The position numbers and the translations under genes were made by a program. Below are positions 50,681 to 60,840 of a stretch of 64,000 nt of DNA, piece by piece. The DNA is from Candidatus Hecatella orcuttiae (GTDB lineage: Archaea > Thermoproteota > Bathyarchaeia > Hecatellales > Hecatellaceae). The stretch is from positions 352,001-416,000 of the forward strand of contig MTLY02000003.1 of the NCBI GenBank assembly GCA_002011035.2. Direction: 5' to 3'. Numbering within the stretch: position 1 is the stretch's first letter; each line of letters opens with the position of its first letter. The notes under the pieces are model-generated. The model was not told where the DNA came from, did not search any database, and saw only the letters and a list, made by a program, of their open reading frames with translations.

Positions 50681-51604
50681 TTAGAGACTCTCCATCAGCT
50701 TCCTGAAGCCGATTCTCCGATAAAGTAGGAAGACCGCTATGAAAGTTATAATCAGCAGATAAACAGTGAAAGCCGCGGCTACATCCCACCTAAACCCCTT
50801 GAGGAAGAAATCGTAGATCAGGTTTCCAAACAATATTCCGGTTCTGCCTCCCACTACTGCTGGAGCTATGAATTCTCCCATCGTCGGAATAAACACGAAC
50901 AAAACTGCTACGAAAACTCCGGGTAGACTCAGGGGAAAAGTAACTTTTAGGAATGTTGTAATGGGCGAAGCGCCCAGATCGTCTGAAGCCTCCAGCAAAA
51001 CTCTGTCTATTTTTTCCAGCGACACGAATATCGGCAGAATCAACCAGGGAAACCATGTGGCAGTTAAAACCAGCCAAACAGAAAATAGGTTGTACCCCAA
51101 TAGTTTGATGGGCTCGCTTATTAAGCCGAAATATAGGAGCAATGAATTTATTACTCCTGTGCTGCCTAACATCAACCGCCAAGCCAGCAATATCAGCATA
51201 TAGGTGGCAAAATAAGGCGCTTGAAACAGGAATAGAACAGTATACTTATTTTTTAAAACTCTAAAGGCTATAAAATAGGCTACAACATACGCGAACAAAA
51301 CGGATGAAGCTGTAACGGTAACCGCTATAAAAAACGTTCGAAGTAGAAGTCTGGCATAATCCGTTCGGATGAATAGTTTTGCATAATTGCTGAGTACGGG
51401 AAAATTAACAACAGTTCTTGTCACAGGACTTAATTCAGCGAAGCTCAAGATTAACACTGAAAAAACAGGAATGAAAAATACGATGATAATCCATAAGTAA
51501 GTGGGTAGAACTAGCAAAAGATCTTTTAACCTTGAGTTGGTCTGTGCCGTGAAAAAATTCCGGAAAGATTTCTTTATACTCATATTACCACTTCCGTTCG
51601 ACAA
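50681..51604 (-). CDS. ABC permease, PotB-like
   Basis: GVINSLL, LLEASDDLGA, VTFPLSLPG, FIPTMGEF. Confidence 0.9.
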   Translation of the reverse strand: MSNGSGNMSIKKSFRNFFTAQTNSRLKDLLLVLPTYLWIIIVFFIPVFSVLILSFAELSPVTRTVVNFPVLSNYAKLFIRTDYARLLLRTFFIAVTVTASSVLFAYVVAYFIAFRVLKNKYTVLFLFQAPYFATYMLILLAWRLMLGSTGVINSLLLYFGLISEPIKLLGYNLFSVWLVLTATWFPWLILPIFVSLEKIDRVLLEASDDLGASPITTFLKVTFPLSLPGVFVAVLFVFIPTMGEFIAPAVVGGRTGILFGNLIYDFFLKGFRWDVAAAFTVYLLIITFIAVFLLYRRIGFRKLMESL

Positions 51605-51624
51605 TGGCCTCCAATGGATTTAGC

Positions 51625-52680
51625 CTAGGTTATCAACTTGGAGTCTTTCTTATTCCAACCGATTTTTACCTTCTCCCCAATTCCAAAAATGCCTTCCATG
51701 CCGGGACTGGGCGCTACAACTGAAATGGAGGAACCATTTTCCAGCAAAACTCTGTAGGTGACGACTCGGCCCTGATAATAGGCCTCTTTAACTTCTCCAG
51801 CGAATATATTATCCAACGCGTTTAACTTTCTTCCGATGAAAATTTTCTCCGGCTTGATGGAGACTAAGACTGATCCTTTGGATAGCTGACACTCAGGTGT
51901 GACGGTGATTTTCCCCAGATTATCGACTTCCACTGCCCCATTCTCATACCTCCCTTTGAAAACGTTAGTTCCCCCAATAAAATTAGCCACAAACTCAGAG
52001 TTAGGCTGTTCATAAATCTCGATAGGCGAGCCGATCTGCATGATCTTTCCGGCTTTCATTACGGCTATTTTGTCGGACATCGTTAGAGCTTCTCCTTGGT
52101 CGTGAGTGACGTAGATGAAGGTAGTGCCGACTTCACGTTTAATTCTCTTCAGCTCGACAATCATTTCCTCCCTAAGTTTTAGATCTAATGGTCCCAAAGG
52201 TTCGTCTAGAAGCAATACAGTTGGTTTATTAACCAAAGCCCTTACAATGGCAATTCTTTGTTTTTCGCCGCCGCTCAATTGGCTTATTTTCCTCTTTTCA
52301 TAGCCTGGAAGTCTAACGAGGTCTAACATTTCTTTAACTCTTGCTTTGATTTCGTTTTCCGGTATTTTTTTTATTTTTAATCCGAATGCTATATTTTCAT
52401 AAACGTTGAGGTGAGGGAATAGAGCTAAGCTCTGAAAGACTAGGTTTGTAGGCCTCTTAAAGGGGGGTACATCCGCCATAGGTTCTCCTTCGATGAGTAT
52501 CTCCCCTTCGGTTGGCTTCTCAAAGCCGCTGATCATTCTGAGTATAGTAGTCTTTCCACATCCGGAGGGCCCTAAGAGAGAAAAAAATTGTCCCTTTTCC
52601 ACTTGAAAGGAAACATCGCTAACTGCAACAACATCTCCGAATTTCTTAGTTACGTTTTTCAGTTCAACATCGATCTTCAT
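51625..52680 (-). CDS. ABC ATPase, PotA-like
   Basis: GPSGCGKTT, LSGGEKQR, LLDEP, YVTHDQ. Confidence 0.93.
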   Translation of the reverse strand: MKIDVELKNVTKKFGDVVAVSDVSFQVEKGQFFSLLGPSGCGKTTILRMISGFEKPTEGEILIEGEPMADVPPFKRPTNLVFQSLALFPHLNVYENIAFGLKIKKIPENEIKARVKEMLDLVRLPGYEKRKISQLSGGEKQRIAIVRALVNKPTVLLLDEPLGPLDLKLREEMIVELKRIKREVGTTFIYVTHDQGEALTMSDKIAVMKAGKIMQIGSPIEIYEQPNSEFVANFIGGTNVFKGRYENGAVEVDNLGKITVTPECQLSKGSVLVSIKPEKIFIGRKLNALDNIFAGEVKEAYYQGRVVTYRVLLENGSSISVVAPSPGMEGIFGIGEKVKIGWNKKDSKLIT

Positions 52681-52796
52681 CTTATCGGACCATTACTGAT
52701 ATATACAGGAAGAAGAATATAAAAATAATCGGTCAAGAAAAAGGCCAAAACATGGAAAGATTAAAACAAACTATGTTCCATTAGTGTTTATGAAAA

Positions 52797-54185
52797 GTGG
52801 AGGATACGCCTCATATGATTCTTTCGTTAGATGAAATTTATAGGAGGACTGAAGATGGTCCGATAGTGGAGGAGGAATATTTCGACAAAAAGCTTTTGCC
52901 CAGAAAACTTCGAGAACTAGCAAAGGAATATGATATTAATTACAATCCGGAAGAGCCCGTTCCAACTGACGACAAGTTAGCTGACGACGTTTTTGAGGCG
53001 GGGAAAAAGTTACTGTGTGATGTAGGTATTCTGTGTGTGGACACAGGTAGGTTGATAAAGTTCTCTGAGGATGAAATTAAAGAAGGACTTAAAGCAGCTC
53101 CAAATAAAATAACCATCGGGCAAGGTGAGAGATCCCGAGAAATAACTGAGAGAAAAGCAGAAGACAAAAAGATACCTTGGCTTGTTCCCGGCCCCAGCGG
53201 AATGCCTATATCAGAGGACTTGGCTAGCGTGATAGCTCAATCCATCGTTCAAGAACCGTTAGCAGAAGGTTACTGGACTCCAACTATTACGAAATATGGA
53301 GGGATGGAGGTAAAACTGCATTCTCCGTTGGAAGTTCTTGCATCAAGATATGAAATTATATCGGCCAAGGAGGGAGTCAGAAAGGCTGGTAAAGAAGGGC
53401 TTCCCATTGTTGGAGGAATGACAGGGTTAAGTCCAGCTGGATTCATCGCTTCTATATTTAATGGAGGATTTACGAGAGGGGACTGTCTTCTCGTAAGCTG
53501 CATGAACGAGTTGAAAATCAACTACGATATCATGACGAAAGTATGGTTCGTTTCAAAATGTAGCGACGTAAACCTGATGTATGATGCCACTCCTCTATTA
53601 GGCGGAATCGCAGGTGGACCGGAAGGCACTGCTTTAGTCTCAGTTGCTCAGGAAATAGAATGCCTGTTGCTGGGAGCAGACCTAAGCGGTGGTAACTCAA
53701 TCGATATTTGGTCTGGAACAAGCTCAGGCAGGAAGACCATGTGGGCCTCTAATTTATTCTTGAACGCCATGAACCGGAACGTCAACGCAATAGAGTATTG
53801 CTACCACTTTGCCGCAGCAGGACCTTGCACAGAAATGCTTCTCTATGAGGGGGCAGCGAAAACCATAAGTGTGGTGGCTGCAGGATACGATTTTCACTGT
53901 GGTCCTTTGGCCTTGAGAGCTGGGAAGGAAGATTACATTTCTCCGTTAGAATTTAGGCTCAGCTGCGAAGTCGCCCATGCCATGGCTGGAATTAAAAGGG
54001 AAAATGCCAATTACTTGATAAAAGAATTATTAGCAAAGTTCGAAGATAAAATTCAAAAACCGCCTCTTGGTAAAAGCTTTACCGAGTGTATGGACTTAAC
54101 TACGCTTCAGCCTTCCAAAGAATGGCAGGCTATCTACGAGAAAGTGAAAAAAGAATTAGAAGACTTGGGAATAAAATTCAAATGA
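52797..54185 (+). CDS. mtmB: MtmB-family corrinoid methyltransferase lacking pyrrolysine
   Basis: End-to-end similarity to MtmB (GPSGMPISE, SPLEVLA, NELKI, AGPCTEM, GKSFTEC, KELEDLG); Pyl site is GTT(Val). Confidence 0.88.
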   Translation: MEDTPHMILSLDEIYRRTEDGPIVEEEYFDKKLLPRKLRELAKEYDINYNPEEPVPTDDKLADDVFEAGKKLLCDVGILCVDTGRLIKFSEDEIKEGLKAAPNKITIGQGERSREITERKAEDKKIPWLVPGPSGMPISEDLASVIAQSIVQEPLAEGYWTPTITKYGGMEVKLHSPLEVLASRYEIISAKEGVRKAGKEGLPIVGGMTGLSPAGFIASIFNGGFTRGDCLLVSCMNELKINYDIMTKVWFVSKCSDVNLMYDATPLLGGIAGGPEGTALVSVAQEIECLLLGADLSGGNSIDIWSGTSSGRKTMWASNLFLNAMNRNVNAIEYCYHFAAAGPCTEMLLYEGAAKTISVVAAGYDFHCGPLALRAGKEDYISPLEFRLSCEVAHAMAGIKRENANYLIKELLAKFEDKIQKPPLGKSFTECMDLTTLQPSKEWQAIYEKVKKELEDLGIKFK

Positions 54186-54246
54186 CCTTTGTATAAGGGG
54201 CGGTCAAAGAAAGTAGCAGGCTTGTCGCGATGCCGCTGTTTCTGGT

Positions 54247-55590
54247 TTACGAACCCCGTATATTTTTGAGAGTGTCATAAGTAGCCTGTATGGTCTTTTG
54301 TATATCTTCCGGCTCATGCATCGCCGAAACCATCCACTCCTCAAACCATGCTGAACCGCTCGGTATTATTCCTCTATTCAACATGTTGATCCAGTATTTA
54401 TTCCACATCGCCGCGTCGCAAGCTGAAGCTTCTCTGTAGTTTTTTGGAACCTTGTCCAATCCGAAGAAGATGCATCCCATCATGGTGCATCTGCCCACAG
54501 CGGCTTTTATACCTGTATCTGCTATGGCGTCTACAACTCCCTTGTACAACTCCTCGCCAAGGTTGTTAATTTTCGCATAGGCATTAGAGGTTAATACCTT
54601 TTTCAGGCAGGCTAAGCCTGCAGCTGTTGAAAGAGGATTGGCGTTATAGGTTCCGTAGTGCACAACACCGCCCAAAGGAGTTATCATCTCCATGTATTCT
54701 CTCTTTCCGCCGAACGCGGCCAGAGGTGATCCGCCGCCGATGGCTTTGGCGAAAGTTACCAAGTCGGGTTCAATACCGTAGAGTTGGCTTCCGCCCCCCT
54801 CAGCTAGATTGCATCCTGTCTTAACTTCATCCAATATTAACAAAATGCCATATTCATCGCAAAGCCTTCTAACTTCCCTGAAATAGTCTTTTTCCGGGGT
54901 TATGATCCCGCTGTTGGTAAGCACAGGCTCGGTTACTATCGCCGCAACTTCGTTTTCATGCTTTTTCAACACTCTTTCCAAGCCGTCGGCATCGTTAAAG
55001 TGAACCACCAAGGTCTGTTCGACGTTCTCCTTCGGTGTGCCCAGCGAGTCGGGAGTGGATGCAGGGTTATGTATCGATCCTAACAGGATGCGTCTTCTGG
55101 GTTTATCGCTTATCAGCAGCACATCGTTTGCTCCATGATAGGAGCCCTCCATCTTAACCACCTTAGTCCTCCCTGTGATTCCTCTGGCAAGCCTAACGGC
55201 ATAGAAAGTTGCTTCCATTCCCGTGTTCGCAAAGCGGAGCATCTCAACATACGGGTACCTTCTCATTATCTCTCTCGCCAATTCATCGGCCCCTTCCCCT
55301 TGAAATCCCAGCAACGTCCCCCGCTCCGCCTGCTCTTTTATCGCTTCAACTATGATGGGGTTAGCGTGACCAGCAGTCATGGCTCCGTAGGCCAGACAAT
55401 GGTCTACATACTCTCTTCCGTCTAAGTCCCATAGCTTGCCGCCCTTTCCCCTTGCCATGTAAAGCGGATAGGGCTTAAAGAATTGGATAGCTGTATTTAC
55501 TCCTCCAGGAATAATCTGAGATAGTTTTTCGAAAAACGCCTTTGAAGCTGGGGTGTTTTTAATATATATATCCTCTTCAGCCAATGCCAC
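54247..55590 (-). CDS. Class III PLP aminotransferase, HemL-like
   Basis: IPGGV, GSYHG, LILDEVKTG, TFAKAIGGG, HYGTYNANP. Confidence 0.88.
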   Translation of the reverse strand: MALAEEDIYIKNTPASKAFFEKLSQIIPGGVNTAIQFFKPYPLYMARGKGGKLWDLDGREYVDHCLAYGAMTAGHANPIIVEAIKEQAERGTLLGFQGEGADELAREIMRRYPYVEMLRFANTGMEATFYAVRLARGITGRTKVVKMEGSYHGANDVLLISDKPRRRILLGSIHNPASTPDSLGTPKENVEQTLVVHFNDADGLERVLKKHENEVAAIVTEPVLTNSGIITPEKDYFREVRRLCDEYGILLILDEVKTGCNLAEGGGSQLYGIEPDLVTFAKAIGGGSPLAAFGGKREYMEMITPLGGVVHYGTYNANPLSTAAGLACLKKVLTSNAYAKINNLGEELYKGVVDAIADTGIKAAVGRCTMMGCIFFGLDKVPKNYREASACDAAMWNKYWINMLNRGIIPSGSAWFEEWMVSAMHEPEDIQKTIQATYDTLKNIRGS

Positions 55591-56033
55591 GTAAATTCAC
55601 CGTTTTCATTTAACAATCGATGTTTATTTAACATTTTCGACAGGGGGTAGAGGCGGGTCTTTTATTTAATTTTTCAGTTAAAAGGCATCGTCTATGTGCC
55701 GCAATTAATTTATTTCTATTCATAACAAAAATAGGCTCTCTCTTTACCAATTTGCCTTTTATCTTGTCTATACCATCAATTTTCTACTTAGAACTGTGCA
55801 GCTTGATGCATATCTCGGCATAAGTCAATGGACAAACTCCCCTTAAACAACAAGCATTGAGAAAAATATCAAACCTAACTTCAAGATAGACAACAGACTC
55901 CGAATAATTTTTTGGTTAAATTTCTCTCAAAGAAGAAAGGGGGAGGTAATTTGTTAACCCTGCGCATTGCTGAGCTTCATTTCATTTGATCTGCCTGCGG
56001 TGTTGGCAGGATTTTTGATTTGTCGGAGACTGC

Positions 56034-57440
56034 TCAAACTTTCGAGAGTTTCTCGAGGCGTTCTACACAATTAATTTTGATGCCGAGCAGTTCAGCGATC
56101 CTAACTTTAGCTTCGAGTCCTTTCGCTGCACCCGGTAAACCAGTTATAACACCGATGTCAAGTTTTTCCCTAAGCTTTCTCATAGTAAACTCATCACAAA
56201 GCTCTATTGAGGAGACACCTAGCTTTTTAGCGACGTAATCCTTCGCTTCAGGTAGTCTCATTTTCTTTTGCAACTGCATCCTACCAATCAGGTCGCCTGA
56301 TGTTCTGATGCTGCCTATGCCACCGGCTACCAGATGCCCAATGGGCATTCCAATGCAGTCTCCGACACCCACCTAAATGCCATCGACGCCGGCTATCTCG
56401 ATCATAGCTTTGTTCGCTCTAGTTACTGTATCCAACGGTGGTGTTTCTAACATGGGCACGCCGCCTACACCCATTCCCATGTTGGGGTGAACAGGGATAG
56501 TCGCTTCTCTCACGCATGCCTTGGTAAACGTAACCGCCCTGGAGAGATTCCATGGGAAAGTGAGGTGGGGTTTTGTATTTATCACAGGTCCAAATATGTC
56601 GACACCCGCTTTTTCCGCTACTTTAAGTTGTTGATGCGGCCACATTCCAGCCAAACGTTCTCCTGCATATTTCAATTCCGTGTGAAATCCGTGTACAGCC
56701 TCGGTAGCCATACCCATCTGGACAGCTAGGTCGGGGTACACCTTTTTCAATGACTCTGTAGCCGTAAGGGCTGCATAAAAGTCAGGATCTCCCGCCGCTC
56801 CTACTGTATCGATATTTATTCCATCCACGCCTACTCTTCTGAGATGTTTAGCTACATATATTATGGCATCATGACATTCTCGAGCAGCGCCCTCCATAGA
56901 TTTCCTCGCTTCGTCGTTCTTTCCTTCTCTGATCAGAGAGATCGGTTCAGGCCATTGACCATCAGGCTTATAGAAATAGCCTAAGTTGGGCATAGCCATG
57001 AATTCTAGAGGACTGATCGACGTGTGCAGAGTATTGTGGATAACATTCGCCAAATAGCTCACTATTACCTTTGCAGGCTTAAAGCTTCCATCCGATTCAG
57101 GAAATTGTAGTATATCAAGTCCAAGCACCCTTTCAGACAGCGCTCCTTGAGCAATGGAACGTTCAATCGGCATACCTAATCCACTAGTGCCAGAGTCAAT
57201 CCAGAAAGTCGAGCCTCCTGCATCAGCGGACAGGACGACCTCGCATCCATGTTTTACAGCCACAACCTTATTGGCGTCGATGATAATTTCATATAATGTT
57301 TCCAGATCTTCGCCGGTTAATTCGGGTATTTTCGCCCTTTCTGCAGCGTCTTTTGAACCCAATTCTAGGTCGTCTTTGATCTGTTTACCCGTCATGGTGA
57401 TCAGTCTACCATCGCCTCTTCTCGTCAAATGTTCTGGCAT
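56034..57440 (-). CDS. mtbB: Dimethylamine:corrinoid methyltransferase MtbB with in-frame amber (pyrrolysine) codon 356; 468 aa
   Basis: Track ORFs 56373-57440 and 56034-56372 are in one frame, joined by TAG at 56373-56375: [18 protein letters not shown], matching MtbB GVDGI-O-IGVGD. Confidence 0.92.
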
Positions 57441-57476
57441 ACGTTCTCACCTCCTTTCTATTTTTATTTGTGAGCA

Positions 57477-58127
57477 TCATTTTTTTAGAAGGCAAGTGCG
57501 GGATGCAAGGAGTCTTTTAGCTTTAACTACAGCATCCATTGCGTCGGCACCCCATTCGTCGGCGCCGATCTCTTTTGCATGCAATTCGGTTGTTGCTCCT
57601 CCGCCCACCATTACTTTAACGTCATCACGAACTCCTGCTTCCTTCAGAGCATCAATTACCTCTCTTTGGGCGATGGCGGTTGTGGTCATGAGAGCGGAAC
57701 AACCTACAAATGCGGGTTTGTGCTTTTTAACTGCCTCTACAAATTTTTCAGCAGCAACATCTCGACCTAGATCGATGACATCGAATCCTTGAGCTTCCAG
57801 CATCGTGGCCACTATACTCTTACCGATGTCATGAATGTCGCCTTCAACTGTACCGATTATGAACTTGGCTTTTTCACCTCTTTTCTTCCTAGGCACTTTT
57901 TTAAGCAAAACGTCCGCAACCTTCTTGATGGCCTCGGCAGAAAGAACTACTTGTGGAAGAAATATCTCTGACCTACCGTATAGATCTCCTACCTGCCTGA
58001 TAGCCTCAGAGGCATGGTCCAACGCCCTTAAAGGTTCAATACCTGCTTTCAGACAAGCCTCAGCGATTTTAACAGCGCCCTCAACATCTTGATTTAAGAT
58101 CGCATTATAGAGCTTATCTAGTTCCAA
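57477..58127 (-). CDS. mtbC: Methyltransferase corrinoid protein
   Basis: EIFLPQV, GTVEGDIHDIGK (DxHxxG), SALMTTT, MVGGG; immediately upstream of mtbB. Confidence 0.9.
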   Translation of the reverse strand: MELDKLYNAILNQDVEGAVKIAEACLKAGIEPLRALDHASEAIRQVGDLYGRSEIFLPQVVLSAEAIKKVADVLLKKVPRKKRGEKAKFIIGTVEGDIHDIGKSIVATMLEAQGFDVIDLGRDVAAEKFVEAVKKHKPAFVGCSALMTTTAIAQREVIDALKEAGVRDDVKVMVGGGATTELHAKEIGADEWGADAMDAVVKAKRLLASRTCLLKK

Positions 58128-58298
58128 AATTATGCACCCCCTACTTTTTTATATTAAAGTTTTTTTTAAACATAATGTTTCACCCTCTTTTTGGATCTTT
58201 ATTTCAAAATCACTAGCATCTGTCTTCACTTTACAACTTGTTATCGCGGATGTAGCAAATAATTCATTAGCCTACACCGCGGCCTGAAAATATCACTT

Positions 58299-58318
58299 CT
58301 ACATACTTATCGATGTAG
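58299..58318. promoter_or_regulatory. Candidate operator CTACAT-N8-ATGTAG upstream of mtbCB
   Basis: Inverted repeat with spacer ACTTATCG; near copy at 62463-62480. Confidence 0.45.
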
Positions 58319-58520
58319 TCCCCTAATTTAGTGGTGTTCATCATAGTCTCGTTGAGTTTTCTCGATCAAAAAATAAGTGAAACGAGTTTTCGGTCTTCTC
58401 GAGGAAGTACGGATATGGTTAAGAATCATAATTCGGCGAGAAAAGGAGTTCCTGTCGGCAGTTTCGCTGGAGAAAAGCATGTCGCCTCAATAATAAGTGG
58501 CAAGGAACTTTTACTAATTA

Positions 58521-58943
58521 TTATGCGCCCAGTTTTTTAACTGTTAATGCGCCTGTGGGGCACCATTCAACACATGCCGGAGAACCTTGACATAGGTCGC
58601 ATATCAGCGGTTTTCGACGTGGTTCATTCATCCTTATCGCCGAGTATGGACATTCTTCAACGCACAATTTGCAGCCTGTGCACTTTTCCTCATCGAGTAT
58701 AACAGCCCCGGTTTTCTCATCTTTTTGGAGTGCTTTCACAGGGCAGACTTGAATACAGGTGGCTTCTTCGCATTGAATGCACGCAACAGGATACACGAGA
58801 GTAGGCGGATAGCTTGTTGCAATGTGGATTCTGGATACTTTCGGATTAAACACTGAGGCTTTTTTGAATGAGCAGATAAGCTCGCATGTTTTACAGTCGG
58901 TGCATTTTTGGCCATCAATCAACAAGCGGATGGAGATAAGCAT
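58521..58943 (-). CDS. 4Fe-4S multicluster electron-transfer subunit (AOR-associated, DmsB/CooF-like)
   Basis: SD GGAGGTG before ATG 58943; CTDCKTCELIC, CIQC..CIQVCP, CTGCKLCVEECP, CDLC..CVEWCP. Confidence 0.9.
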   Translation of the reverse strand: MLISIRLLIDGQKCTDCKTCELICSFKKASVFNPKVSRIHIATSYPPTLVYPVACIQCEEATCIQVCPVKALQKDEKTGAVILDEEKCTGCKLCVEECPYSAIRMNEPRRKPLICDLCQGSPACVEWCPTGALTVKKLGA

Positions 58944-58951
58944 CACCTCCT

Positions 58952-60793
58952 TCACGTTACTAGGTCGGTAAGTTCCAATTCGATAAGCTTCTCCCTCGTA
59001 GGTTCGCCTTCTCGGTTCCACCCTCTCAGTTCATAGTACTCATCGAGCAGCTTAGTCATGTCGTCGGAGGTAACTTTGTGCCCCTTGGCCGGCCCTGAAG
59101 GCAGAGGTTCCCCGGTGAACCGCTTGGGTAAACAGTCGTCTTTCCGCGTAAAGCCTTCGCGAATGTTAAACATGCGGATCAAATTCCATACACGCTCACC
59201 TAGCTTCATAAATTCATCTGCACCTCCCTTCCACCCGGTGGCCAGCGACAACAACTCCGCATAGTGCTCAGGTTGAAGGCCTGTTCGGCTGAAATCGCAG
59301 CAGGGAAGCGTGCAAACAGCCGTAAGCCAATCCTGCTCCCACTTGACGATTTCAGCCTTACCCTTGAGCGAAAGCCGCTCCACGGTGCCGGAGGGTCCGG
59401 GGATTCCCTCAACCTCGTACGCGATCGGCCATCCCCGCTCATGGCAGCCGCCCCTGTCAGCTGTGGCTAGGGCCAGCGCCATTCCCGGGGCTCCCCTGGG
59501 AGGCCACGCCGGCGTCTCCAGCCCCTTGATGCTGACAGCTAAATCTAACGCTCGGCCGCCTATCTTTTCCGAAGCTTGCTTTACGCCTTCAGCCATCAGG
59601 TCGCCTATCCCTTCTCGGCGGGCTATTCTTTCAACAAGCTCAAGCACAGCTTTGGAGTTCCCAAACTTCGGGTTAACCCCTTGGAAATCCTCCGAGGTCA
59701 GAATTCCCTTTTCAAAAAGCTCCATGAAGAAACCTATGACGCCGCCGGTGGATATGGTATCTAACCCCAGTTCATCGCACAGGTAATTTGCGTAAGCCAC
59801 AGCGTCCAGATCCGTGATGCCGCAGTTGGCTCCCAGCAGGCCGGTGGTTTCATATTCCACACCGTCCACCACGGTACCCGCGTAGGGGCCTTTCTTTATC
59901 ATCAGAAGGTGGCCGCATCGAATGGGGCAGGAGAAGCAGGCAACCTTTCTAAAGCGGACGGCCTTGGACTGAATTCTGCCTGAAAGCTTTTCCGCCCCCC
60001 GGATGCTTCCGTCTTGAAAGTTTCTTGTCGGGAAGAAACCTTCAGAGTTGGCGAAATCCACAGACCCCGCGGTTCCGTATTCCGTCCACGTCGCTCGCAC
60101 AGCTTCGCTTTCAACCAGAGCCTTGTGCAGCTTTCTCGCAGCTTTCACAAATTCCTTTGGATTGGCCACCTCCACAGGCTTTGTTCCTCGAACGGCCACA
60201 GCCTTCAGATTCTTTGAGCCCATCACGGCTCCTAGGCCTCCCCTCCCCGCCTGCCGGTAGTCACAGCCGACGCACGCAAACCTGACAAGTCTCTCTCCCG
60301 CCGGTCCGATGCACGCTGTTTTCACCTCGTTGTCGCCGAGCTCTTTTTTGACGGCAAGGGCGGTCTGGGTTATGGTAAGACCCTGAAGGTGGCTGGCGTT
60401 TTTGATTTCCACATGCTCATTGTCGATCCAGATGTAGCTGAGTTTTTCAGCCTTCCCCGTGAGCACCAAGGCATCGTAGCCGGCGTATTTTAGTTCCTGG
60501 CTGAAATAGCCCCCAACATAGCTGTCGCAAAAGGTTCTCGTGAGGGGGGACTTGGAGACCACGATGCCCTTCTGAGCTGGAGCCAGCGTACCTGTCAAAG
60601 GCCCTGTGCTGAATATGAATATGTTTTCAGGGCCAAGGGGATCAGCCTTGGGGGGTAGCTCCTTATACAATATCGCTGCTGCTTGCCCTTTTCCACCGAC
60701 CAGTCTCCTAGCAACAGATAAATCCAATGGCTGCCGGAGTATTCGCCCTGTGGTTAAGTCTATGCAAAGAATATTCCCCTGATAACTATCCAT
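58952..60793 (-). CDS. aor: Aldehyde:ferredoxin oxidoreductase (W/Mo AOR family)
   Basis: SKSPLT, IGPAGE, AGRGGLGAVMGSKNLKA, CFSCPIRC, EYET, GLDTIS, YYELRGW. Confidence 0.93.
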   Translation of the reverse strand: MDSYQGNILCIDLTTGRILRQPLDLSVARRLVGGKGQAAAILYKELPPKADPLGPENIFIFSTGPLTGTLAPAQKGIVVSKSPLTRTFCDSYVGGYFSQELKYAGYDALVLTGKAEKLSYIWIDNEHVEIKNASHLQGLTITQTALAVKKELGDNEVKTACIGPAGERLVRFACVGCDYRQAGRGGLGAVMGSKNLKAVAVRGTKPVEVANPKEFVKAARKLHKALVESEAVRATWTEYGTAGSVDFANSEGFFPTRNFQDGSIRGAEKLSGRIQSKAVRFRKVACFSCPIRCGHLLMIKKGPYAGTVVDGVEYETTGLLGANCGITDLDAVAYANYLCDELGLDTISTGGVIGFFMELFEKGILTSEDFQGVNPKFGNSKAVLELVERIARREGIGDLMAEGVKQASEKIGGRALDLAVSIKGLETPAWPPRGAPGMALALATADRGGCHERGWPIAYEVEGIPGPSGTVERLSLKGKAEIVKWEQDWLTAVCTLPCCDFSRTGLQPEHYAELLSLATGWKGGADEFMKLGERVWNLIRMFNIREGFTRKDDCLPKRFTGEPLPSGPAKGHKVTSDDMTKLLDEYYELRGWNREGEPTREKLIELELTDLVT

Positions 60794-60840
60794 ATCTTAT
60801 CATTACCAATTATCCGTTTAAAAAATTTAGTGGTAGAGAA

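Noticed and set aside
55628-55828. Minus-strand 66-codon frame with an internal TAG downstream of mtbB
   Set aside because: AT-rich intergenic sequence, no recognisable homology, and it overlaps the aminotransferase promoter region
56034-56372. Separate 112-aa gene, or mtbB as a nonsense pseudogene
   Set aside because: It is the MtbB C-terminus, and the only interruption is TAG at the canonical Pyl position
58944-59021. Track start of the Fe-S protein at 59021
   Set aside because: Overlaps the aor 3' end; a strong SD supports ATG 58943
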